Position numbers and translations under genes: made by a program | From: the human T2T-CHM13v2.0 reference genome, Homo sapiens | Strand: one strand, 5' to 3' | DNA length: 64,000 nucleotides | Assembly (NCBI RefSeq): GCF_009914755.1 | Contig: NC_060936.1 | In this document: positions 46,551 to 57,313 of the stretch, in pieces | Position numbering within the stretch: position 1 is the first letter of the stretch | Layout of the letters: each line of letters opens with the position of its first letter | The notes under the pieces: generated by a model | The model's database searches: none | Seen by the model: the letters and a program-made list of their open reading frames with translations, nothing else | What the model was told of the DNA's origin: nothing

Positions 46551-48273
46551 TTACTGAGATTCTCAAATCTATGGACTAATACTTTTTACCAGTTCCAGAA
46601 ATTGTGCAATGATTATTTCTCTCTACATTACTACTGCCACAGTCCCTCTTCCCTCCTTTTGGGACTCCAATTACATTTATGTAAGGGTTTCTGGCTTACT
46701 CTCATGTAATTCTTAAACTCTCTTCTGTTATCCTGTTATTTAAAGAAATTCTCCTTGTGCTCTATTTTGAATATTTTCTATTAACCTGTCTTGGTGAGTT
46801 CACTAATTTTGTCATTTGCTATACACTCTATATTAAAATTAAAAACAACAAACAACTTTATTGAGATATATTTCACATACCATAAAATTTACCCATTTGA
46901 AGTTAAATCAGCTAGGGGGAGAATGCAGTTTGAAAAAAGGGTCTAGGAACAAGCCACAGTCACAAGCATATCTTGGAAGGCTGAATTAGCCAGTGAGTCC
47001 TGCCCAGCAACACATTCCTACTGCTACGTGCAGAGTCCATGTTTCTTGTGCACTTCCTGGTACGTTCACCTTTCTGATCCACCAGGGCTTTTTGTTTCTG
47101 GATGATGCTTGCTTTAAACTTAAATCTATCCCTATCTGCCTTGCATTTCAACACAAGATACTTTTTTTCCCCAGATCTGTCTCCCCCAAGGATCTTAGGT
47201 GGCAAGCGAAACTAGTAATTGATTCACTTAATGTATTGATATAATGTGTTATACATTATACATTAATATGTATATATTGCTCTGGCTGTTTAGAATGCAA
47301 CAGAAGATTCCTAGAGATGAAATACCATAACCTATATTTTCTCAAGGAAAGATTCATGGACCATTTTCTTAAGGAGTGCATGTAAAAATGCTCATGTCTG
47401 GGCTTCATGCCAAATCTACTAAATCAGAATCTCTTGAAATGAGGCTCCAAATCTAAGCTTTTACAAGCTCTCCCCAGCTAGTTCTTATGGACCTTAGAGT
47501 TTGAAAACCAAAGCTTTAACTCATAAACATAAATCTCAAATATCTATGGATTTCAAGCCCAGGTCAGATGGGCACAATGTAATTGCAGAGGCCTCTAAGA
47601 GTTTCAGCTGTGCCACTCCGACTACACTACGGCGCCACCACCAATTTCAACATCAAGCAGAACTAATCTAGTTTTAAGTAAATGAATATTTATCTAATAT
47701 ATGCATAAAATTCAACTGTATATGTACTCCTAGGGGACAGATGTGGAAGCAAGTGAAAATAGTCCTTAATATTTGAGTGGTAGAGAGGATCTGTAAGACC
47801 AACTTCTATTCTGGTCCAAAACAGATAGAGAAAGAAGTTTGGAAGTGATTAATTTAAAATGATACATCCATTTCGAGTCTCAGCTGAGAGCACTGATGGA
47901 GTGGCTGGAGAGCATTATCACACTGAACATGAGTAGGGCTGGAGCAAGGCTCTTGTCAACTTTGAGCTCCTGAAAAGTTTTCTACACTGCTCCTTCATTC
48001 TGTGTTTAACGCTATCAGGCTAGAATTCCCTTAAGGGAAATTAAAACTAATCTTAGCATGACTTAAGGGCTATCTCCTGTATTGCTGACCTCTAGTTAAA
48101 TAAATATGTCCAACATGTATGTGGGGAGTGTTTGCATGTGACTGGAAAGGCTTTAATAAGGGCAAGATAATGTGTCTACTAGGTACTTTGTTCAGACTAA
48201 AAATCTAGGCTAGTTAGTTTGTGTTATTGGTCTATTTTGGTAATCTGCCTCTTTGCTTCTGGTGTCTTGGTGA

Positions 48274-48603
<330 letters not shown>

Positions 48604-49034
48604 TAAATAGAAAACTCTGGTACCTTCATTGTTGGTAAGCTAGCAGCCAGGAAATAATGGAAAGCTACTATTGCTATAATATTTTTCTTAATTTATTTTT
48701 TAATCATGGCCTATATAGTATAAACACTGAAATATGTAAGAGAATACTTTAAACCTCTTAGGACAAAAAAATAGGATAATATATTTATGACTTCAGGATC
48801 GAAAGGAATTTCAATGAGGCACAAAAAGCCTAACTGATAAAGGAAAAGCCTAATAAATTAGATCCTATCAAAATTTAAAACTTCAGCATGATGAAAGACA
48901 CTATAAACAAAGGCAAGTGACAGGTTGGGAGAAGATATTTGTGACACATAATACAAAGGTTTAGTATACAGAATATGCAAAGACAGCATACAATTCAATA
49001 AGAAAAAGAACCCGATAGAAAATGCACAAAGGCA

Positions 49035-49361
49035 TTCTCATTGTTCGACTCCCACTTATGAGTGAGAACATGCGGTGTTTGGTTTTCTGTTCCTGTGTTA
49101 GTTTGCTGAGAATTATGGTTCCCAGCTTCATCCATGTCCCTGCAAAGTACATAAACTCATCCTTTTTTTATGGCTGCATAGTATCGGGAGGGGAACATCA
49201 CACACCAGGGCCTGTTGGGGATGGGGAGCTAGAGTAGCGATAGCATTAGGAGAAATAGCTAATGTAGATAACGGGTGCAGCAAACCTCCAAGGCATGTGT
49301 ATACCTATGTAACAAACCTGTACTTTCTGCACATGTATCCCAGAACCTAAAGTATAATAAA
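49035..49361 (+). mobile_element. Short L1PA (PA6/7-like) with 5' inversion
   Basis: Antisense piece 49035-~49184, then sense 3'UTR; 18-bp TSD agaaaatgcacaaaggca at 49017-49034 and 49362-49379. Confidence 0.92.
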
Positions 49362-49400
49362 AGAAAATGCACAAAGGCAGTTAGCAAGCAATTCACAGAA

Positions 49401-49454
49401 CACAAAATTAAAATGACCCACAAAATTAAAATGACGCATAAAATTAAAATGACC
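49401..49454. repeat. 18-bp tandem repeat, 3 copies
   Basis: ca(c/t)aaaattaaaatgac(c/g). Confidence 0.92.
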
Positions 49455-49624
49455 CATGAAAAAGTGACTAGATTCACTAGTATTGAGAGACATGCAATAA
49501 AAGCCGTAAGATACCACTTCTCATCCATCAAATTTAGGAAAAATAAGAATATCTGAATAGACTGAACATTGCAAACTACAGAAACCAACCACAGTTAAAC
49601 AGAAAATCAATTTATAAAATCCTA

Positions 49625-49880
49625 CCAGCTAACAGTTACTGATTGCTGACTGTGTGCCAGCCACCGTTTCAAGTGCTTTACAGGTATTTGCTCATTTACT
49701 CCTCACAAAAGCCTGTAAGACAGGTGCAATTATTTCCCACTTGTAATAGAGGAGGAAGCAGAGTCTCTGAGAGGTTAATTTGCCCAAGGTTATGGAGCTA
49801 ATTTGTCAAGAAACAATGGCTTCAACATAGGCAGCCCATTTCCAGAATTCTCCCTCTTTAGAGCTGCACTCAACTGTCTA
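49625..49880 (-). mobile_element. MIR SINE
   Basis: 'tgtgtgccagccaccgtttcaagtgcttta', 'gaggaggaagcagagtctctgagaggttaatttgcccaaggt'. Confidence 0.8.
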
Positions 49881-50353
49881 TTAGAAAACTCACAGAGTCT
49901 ATGGGAAGACGAGGAAACACACCCCAAATAACATCATTCAACACCACTGAAACTCCACAACTGTCAGAAATCCTGACTAACGACCACTATTTGTGTCACC
50001 AGTACCAGCACCAATACCAGAATGTTGCTTCTGGAATCTCTCGTCTCTGAGGCCTCCGAAAAATGGATGCAGCTACTGCCAAGAGTGGCCTCCAAGGAGC
50101 ACCTGCTTCCTGTTAAGTCACTGGCTTTCCATTCATGATCTGATTTGGGTGAATCTGATTGGTGAAGCCTAGGGAGGGTAGGGAAGAAACTCATGTCTGT
50201 AGTGGAAGGTGGGGACTCATAATTAGAGATTCTCCAAATATGGAAAGCATGGTCAGCGTACTGGGTAGCCAAAACAAATGACAAATATTTACTACATTGA
50301 CAATGCTACATGCTGAATAGGAGGCAGAAAGACAAGAACCCTGTGGTAGAGCT

Positions 50354-50562
50354 GTAAGTGGTACAGCTGATGCACAGAGCATTTTGGTAATATCTAGTAC
50401 AACTTAAAATGTACCCGCCTCACAGTATTTCTAGAAAAAAACTCCAGCACATGTGCATAAGAAGATACGTAAAAGATGCCAACTGCAGCAGTGTTTAAAA
50501 TAGCATACTATTAGAAGTGACCTAACTTCCCATTGGTGAGTAAGTAAATTGTGTTATGTAAT
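50354..50562 (+). repeat. ~210-bp direct repeat, copy 1
   Basis: ~88% identical by hand count to 52000-52210. Confidence 0.92.
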
Positions 50563-51999
50563 TGTCTACTGAAAAATTACACAACTTATAAATTTAGAAA
50601 GGAGACTTTCTTTTTTTTTTCTTTTTCATTTTAAAAGACAAGATCTCACTCTGTCACCCATGCTGGAGTGCAGTGTTGCCATCCTAGCTCACTGCAGCCT
50701 CAAACTCCTGGGCTCAAGTGATCCTTCCACCTCAGCCTCTTGAGTCACTGGACTACAGGCATAGGCCACCACACCCGGATACTTGAAAAAAATTTTTTAG
50801 GGACACAGGTCTTGCTATGTTGCCCAGGCTGGTCTTGAACTCCTGACCTCAGGCAATCCTCCTGCCTTGTTCCTTGAAAGTGCTGGGATTACAGGCATGA
50901 GCCACTGAGCCCAACCCAAGACTTAATTTTTTGATAAAGGGCTACAGCCTGCAGGGTAGCAATTCTGACAGGCTGGGAAGTGTAGCCTCTGACAGAGATT
51001 GTTAGAAGACACTTCAAAGGAGGAGGGATTGGGGCAGGAGCTTTATGCCAAACAGTTTGGCTAAACATACATATTCAACAGATTATAGGAGGAGCTATGA
51101 ACATTCACAAAGGGGAGACTGACACACATGTATCGAACAAATATACATGTTACATGAGTCCCATGTTCACTTTGAGGGGAGGCTTAACATTAAAATGCAT
51201 TATAATTAGGCCCTATATGTCCAAAGGGGAAGCAGGGACACAGTGGCACTCAAGTGAACAGACTCTATAAACCAGCCAGAACCAGTCCATGGTCGGTGGT
51301 TTCCTATCAGGAGAAAGTTACTGAAATCAGTCTCTTATCCAATCAAAGCTGTAGTTATGGGTTGTGGAACAGGATGTCAATTAGTCAGTGCCTGGCAGCA
51401 GTGGATGAGCTGCAATGGTTTTTTGTTTGTTTGTTTTTTGGGTTTTTGTTTTTTTTTTTTTTTTTTTTTTGAGACAACGTCTTAACTCTGTCATGAGGCT
51501 GGAGTGCAGGGACTCGATCATAGCTCATTACAGCCTCAAACTCCTGGCCCTGAGTGATCCTCCCACCTAAGCCTTCCAAAGCACTGGGATTACAGGCATG
51601 AGTCACCATGTCCACCCATGCAATTGTTTTAATATCGCTCATCTCAAGGCCAGTGCTTGTTTGGCTGCTAGAGAAAGAGAAAAACCTTGTAGCAATTAGA
51701 ACACAGTGTATTCTTTAAGTGTGGGGTTGGGTTGTCCAACGTGGCTTTAGGGGCTGTATAATTTGGTATCTTATTGCCGTAGAGTCTGTTCTATCAGTCT
51801 TATGATCTCTATTTTAATATTAATGCTGGTCAGCTGTTGCATCTAAACTGCAAAATGGAGGGGATATAATGAGGCATGTCGGACCTCCTGTCCCATCGTG
51901 GCCGGGAACTCAGTTTTTAAGGTTTCTCTGGGGTCCCCCTGGCAAACAGGGGGTCCATTCTGATGGCTGGTGGGGGGGGGGCTTAGGATTTTATTTTTA
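50563..51999 (-). mobile_element. ERV1 MER4-group solo LTR (MER49-like) containing an antisense AluJ (50611-50916) and a deleted Alu (51419-51618)
   Basis: Starts 'tgtctactgaaaaa'; ends 'ggggcttaggattttatttttag', the MER4-group terminus lacking the final 'tttaca'; ~920 bp without the Alus. Confidence 0.8.
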
Positions 52000-52210
52000 G
52001 TAATTGATACAGCTAATGTGGAAAGCATTTTGGTAATATCTAGTACAACTTAAAACATTGCCGCCTTACAGTATGTATTTCTAGAGAAACTCCAACACAT
52101 GTGCACAAGAAGATATGTAAAAGATGCCTACTGCAGCAGTGTTTAAAATAGCATACTATTAGAAATGACCTAACTTCCCATCAGTGAATATGTAAATTGT
52201 GTTATGAAAT
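52000..52210 (+). repeat. ~210-bp direct repeat, copy 2
   Basis: Matches 50354-50562. Confidence 0.92.
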
Positions 52211-52467
52211 GAAATATTTTATAGCAGTTAAGTGAATGATGTAGAATATGGTTGTCCTTAATAACATGATGGTGAATAAAAATGATTCAGAAATTAGAGA
52301 TACCATATGAGAGTACTTAAATTAAAAACAAAAAGAGCACGTAAATGACACATTACATTCACGCTCATTGATGCAGGAGTTGCCTCTGGGAAGGAAGAGA
52401 GAAGATTGGGACTGGGGAGGGAGACAAAGGCTAAGTTTTAACTTCATTTGAAATATTTTATTTCCAT

Positions 52468-52765
52468 GGCTGGGTGCGGTGGCTCTCGCCTGTAATCCCA
52501 GCACTTTGGGAGGCCGAGGCGGGTGGATCATGAGGTCAGGAGATTGAGACCCTCCTGGCTAACACGATGAAACCCTGTCTCTACTAAGAATGCAAAAAAG
52601 TAGCCAGGTGTGGTGGCGGGCACCTGTAGTCCCAGCTACTTGGGAGGCTGAGCCAGATAATGGTGTGAACCCAGGAGGTGGAGCTTGCAGTGAGCCAAGA
52701 TCAGGTCACTGCACTCCAGCCTGGGTGACAGAGCAAGACTCCATCTCAAAAAAAAAAAAAAAAAA
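52468..52765 (+). mobile_element. AluY/Sc-like SINE
   Basis: Full Alu; TSD tgaaatatttt(t)atttcc. Confidence 0.94.
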
Positions 52766-53329
52766 TGAAATATTTTATTTCCTTTATTAAATTTAAAAGA
52801 CAGAAGCAAAAATGTTAAAATGTCAACAGCATTTGTTGATTTTTGATGATGGGTATATGGAAGTTGGTTAATTATTTTTCTGAATATTTATGATTTTCTG
52901 AAAAAAGGGAAAAATCATGGTTATTCAACTATATTATTTGAGTTTTGGGTTCCAGCTAATTTAATCCAATTTTTCCAGAACTACTTTATTCTGTTTCATA
53001 GGCTCCTCTTTTAGACAAGAGCACAACTTTTTTTTATTAATACTGAAGCTATATAATTCATTTAAGTAGCATCCCATTTTGATAACTACAGAGATTTGTG
53101 CATTTTCCAGGATATTTAATATTAAAGGTTCAGATATAATCTTTCTTGAAGGTATACTCTATATTTAACTCTTTGTTCTTTGTATAATTTGCCAAATGTG
53201 AGTTATCTGTTGCCTTCTGGCTGATGAAGATAGAATTCACCTGGCAGCAGAGAGCAAAACCATTTTTCTTTAATGAATGTAAGAAAAAAAACACTTTTAG
53301 AATTAGTTTTATTTCAATTGCAAGAGTAT

Positions 53330-54095
53330 TGAAATCAAACATTATTTCATTGAAGGATTTATTTTAAGCAGCAGAAAATGGAGAACATTTGCTTATAAAA
53401 CATGTGTTCAGAATATCCTTGAAGCTGCAGTGTTAAAGACAGATGTTGAGATACTTACCACCTCCCTAGGTATTCTATATTATTGATCAAGTTATTTGAA
53501 GAATTTGACATTTCAGTAGGATCGACAGTCTCTAGTATGGAGAAAATTTGGTCAATTCCTACTAACTTTGTAACCAACAATATGTTATATATGCAATCAC
53601 TTAAGGTTCCTCAGGAAAGCTGATGTAAATATCCGTGAGATCCCGCTTGGAGATTAACCTATTAATAGACTTTCAGAACCACAGAGATATGAGGAAATAA
53701 ATCTAATCTTCCCGAGAGAGGCTCAGACTACCAAACAAATATCACCTTGATATAGGAACTGATTACAGTTCTTATGGCTCAAACTTTTCGCAAAGAAAAT
53801 ATAAAGTAATTGTATACCTATCCACACTGGTGAAGAGATATTCTCACAGATTTTAAACAAGTTTTCAAACTATATTGAAGGGGCCACGTCAGATATGGAG
53901 AGCAAGTGTTCTCTATTTCCACGAATGTTACCCCTAGATTTAATTGAATTAGTTGATCCTAGTTAGAATTAAAGTTAAACGTTAAGAAATCATTCAGAGA
54001 AATGATAGTGAAAAGCTGGAAAACAAAGATTAAGAGCTACTACTTACACTAACTCTCTTCTGGAAGGTTTATAAAACAAGATTAATAGTTATCAG
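53330..54095 (+). mobile_element. CR1-type LINE 3' remnant
   Basis: 'gttttcaaactatattgaaggggccacgtcagatatggagagcaagtgttctctatttccac' resembles VFKYLKG.H...GEQLFSIST; 'ctggaaggtttataaaacaagattaatagttatc' resembles the CR1 ORF2 end. Confidence 0.5.
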
Positions 54096-54399
54096 CTTCA
54101 GATAGCATGGTACCATAAAGGATAATTAAAACTGGTATTTGGTGGCATAAAAAATATATTGGAATGGTAAACAGTGATTATCATTCTGTTCATGGTAACA
54201 GTAGTATTCTACAGTGATTAACTCTGGAGGACCGGAAGAGGAGGCTAAAGGGAGGGCATATAGAAGACTTTATTTGTTTGATAATATTCTGTTTGACCTT
54301 GTTAATAGGTACATAGGTGTTTGTTGTAATATTCTTTATGTATTTTGTCCGGAGTGTTTCATAATCATTTTTTAAAAGAAAGAAGCATTTTGAAGTCCA

Positions 54400-54580
54400 A
54401 GAAGAGTGTGTGCTATTCTGGACATCATACTTACTTGAGGAGATATTTAGACAAACTAGAGAGTATTTAAAAGTTAATGACCCAAATACTTATGAGCCTG
54501 GAAACCCTGATAAAAGAAAAAGTTGAATGAATCTCCCCAGAGGTTTAGCCAGAGAAGACTTGGAGGTGAAGGGGATAATT
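54400..54580 (+). mobile_element. L3/CR1 ORF2 C-terminal fragment
   Basis: 'ttctggacatcat...gacaaactagagagt...gtttagccagagaagactt' resembles FW.P...DKLE.V...FSLEKRRL. Confidence 0.6.
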
Positions 54581-55204
54581 TTGCACAGCAAGAACCAGGG
54601 GACAAAAATATTTGAGTAACGGTGAGGTCCAGAGAGGGAATGGCTGACATCTCCATACTGGTCATGTGAAAAGCTGTCTCAGAGGACTATCTGATGTGAC
54701 TGTCATAGAAGAAATCTAAGCAAAGTTGAACTACTTCAGAGTTTTTCAACACAACTACTTTTTTTTCAAAATGGTAAACTATATACATTTTTCGTGTGAT
54801 TGGCACCTTCCTTGGTGGGGAAGCTGTTCAAAGAATTGGTCAAGCTAGTCATTCCCACAATACTGAGGGTCTGACAATGTGACTTAGCCATCATCAAGGT
54901 AAGTGATGTCTGAGGACAAATGTCAAGATCTCAGAGAAAATGCTGGTCTAGACAAATTATGTTGTTCAAAGGGGTTGTCGGAGGATATATATTTAAACAG
55001 AAGCTAGAGAACAAAATTAACTGAGTTACTGATCAGAATGCATTACATAAGACTAAGCCAAAGAAATTTCAGCCATATAAGCCAATGGGCTTTTGTTCAC
55101 CTAATGCCTGGTTACACAGCTAACTTAAGCCCATTTGAAGGCCTCATGATAGGGTGAAGTAACTATTCTGGAGAAAGAAACAGAACTTCATTCTCATCAC
55201 TAAG

Positions 55205-55480
55205 GAGTAGAATGGCTCTGTTAGAACAGCCAACACAATATTTTATGGCATTCATAAACATTGACCTTGGTTCAAATCCAACATCCTCAAATTACTAGCT
55301 GCGTGACCTTAGAAAAAAATACGTATTCGAGTCTTAATTGCTTTACCTGTAAAATGGAATATTACTTTTACATATCTCTTATGTTAAGTGAGAAAATGTA
55401 TATAAGTATACAGAAATCTATCAGCTTGCTCCCTGGCACTCAGCTTGCTCCCTGGTGCATAGTAAATGCTCAATAAATGG
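55205..55480 (+). mobile_element. MIR SINE
   Basis: 'ccttggttcaaatcc', 'actagctgcgtgacctt', 'cctgtaaaatgg', 'catagtaaatgctcaataaatg'. Confidence 0.8.
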
Positions 55481-56568
55481 GCTCAAAACTGGGATGGGGC
55501 AGTAAGCAGGGAGAATTACCTTTATTTATTGATGTATTCTCAATGCCTGATACGTTCTAGGTATTCAATCAATATTTGAAAAATAAATTAGTACTAAGAC
55601 TGTAAACAAAGGTCCATAGATGTGGTTCAGGTAATTAAGCACCAAGAGATAGAATGTGGACAAAATAACATGGTTGGTGTTGTGTTGGACCAGGAATCGC
55701 AGAGGTAAGGCAGAAAAATAAATGTGTCATTGCTGAAAGAGGGGTTCTCACCTATGAGATGCAGTTGTGGCTGGGGAAAAAAACTAAGGCTAAAAATGAA
55801 GGGTGATGATGTTGCAGACACATTTGCATTGGTGAGCAAGTTCAGTGGTTCCTTGACCTATGATGGATATGGCAGAGAGGGCTGTGCTGGAGGATTTCAA
55901 ATCAAATGAGTGGCCACTGAAATGGTTTTTATGCCTTAGGCCTATTTGGTCTGGCTGTAGAGCTCATCAACACTCCGTGACTCAATGACTATCCCTGTGT
56001 AGAACTGGATTTCTGCTGCTGCCATTGCATATCATCTTCCCTAGCTACGCTTGTGTCAGAGGATTTCCTGGGGTTGCAGGTTTCTTCTGTCCCCTGACAT
56101 TCTGGTTTTCAGAGGAAGGTCATGCAGGTCTTTGTCCAGCATGTAATACATGTATTAGCTTAAGTGGTCCATTTCAGCTGCCATGAACTGAGTCTGTAGA
56201 TTTCCCTCGGCTATTCGTGGTTGCCTAGGAGCACCATGCAGGGTCACTTAGGAAGATCACCACATGTTTCAAATGTGGCTGTGATGCCTAATACCACTTG
56301 TTCTCATATAGAGTAATTGGCCTGGGCTGTGATTGCCTTCTAGAAAAATAATAAGAAACAAAGCCTACCCAAACTTGGGCGTGCTTCTCAAAGAATATGC
56401 TTTCCTACAATGATGTTTGAGGTATCATCAAGGTTAATGAAGAACCAGGTTGGGTCTGAGTAGGTAGGGTTTGGAGCTGAGATGAATGAGATTTTCAATA
56501 ACTGTGATGTCTGTGTGCCAGGAAAACCCTTTTTCCACATAAAGATTTCAAGAATAGTCTGGTTATAA

Positions 56569-56750
56569 CACTGGCTCTCAAACTTGAGCATGTATAAGAA
56601 TCACATGGAGGGCTTTAAAAGCTCAGATTACTGTCCCCTGCCACCAGGATTTCTGATTCAGTAGGTTTGTGGTGAGGCCCCAAAATGTGATTTTCTAACA
56701 AGCTCCTAGATAATGATGCTGGTCTGCGGAATACACTTTGAGAATCACTG
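56569..56750. mobile_element. MER5A-like hAT MITE
   Basis: TIRs 'cactggctctcaaa' and 'tttgagaatcactg'; internal 'ttctgattcagtaggt'. Confidence 0.85.
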
Positions 56751-56991
56751 GGTTACGGAAATAAAAGATAAATGACCAGAAAACCCCAGAAACCACCTGT
56801 AACTAGAACAGTTTTGGAATAACTTGGAGTTCTTGATTTTGTAGAGCACTTTCACATTAAAATTGTGGTCACTTTCTTTGACATCATTGGATTGTCTTCC
56901 ACATTCTCAGATTTGGCCAGGAGGTGGCACTACAATAAGCAGTCTATGAACCATGAGCTTATTGGAGGTCATATGCATAAGGAAACCTTTC

Positions 56992-57313
56992 CGGCCTGGC
57001 ATGGTGGTTTATGCCTGTAATCTCAGCATTTTGGGAGGCTGAGGTAGGAGGATTGCTTAAGCCCAGGGGTTTGAGACCAGCCTGAGCAACATGAGCCAAC
57101 CCCCTGCCGTCTCTACCAAAATTAAGAAATTAACCAGATGCGCTGGCATGCACCTGTAGTACCAGCTGCTACGCAGGAGACTGTGGTGCAAGGATAGCTT
57201 GAGCCTGGGAGCAAAAGACTGCAGGGAGCCATGGCTGCACCACTGCACTCCAGTCTGGGTGACAGTGCAAGACCCTGTCTCAAAAAATGGAAAAAAAAAA
57301 AAGAAAAAGAAAA
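56992..57313 (+). mobile_element. AluJ
   Basis: Diverged full Alu with A tail. Confidence 0.9.

Larger units (their letters stand above)
48720..52910 (+). mobile_element. Fragmented old L1 (L1ME-like) ORF2/3' end hosting many later insertions
   Basis: Collinear pieces at 48720-49570, 50300-50562, 52000-52465 and 52770-52910 ('gacaggttgggagaagatatttg', 'agataccacttctcatccatcaaatt', 'gcattttggtaatatctagt', 'gttgcctctgggaagg'). Confidence 0.7.

Noticed and set aside
49401-49454. Short direct repeats as a CRISPR-like array (also 4785-4838 and 27488-27551)
   Set aside because: Head-to-tail tandem units without unique spacers, primate DNA, no cas genes.
53130-53531. Two minus-strand exon-like segments (acceptor 'ttttctccatactag', donor 'gtg|gtaagt', acceptor 'ctctgctgccag')
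   Set aside because: Joining them gives an immediate stop, the peptides are unrecognisable, and the region partly reads as a plus-strand CR1 relic. A non-coding exon cannot be excluded.
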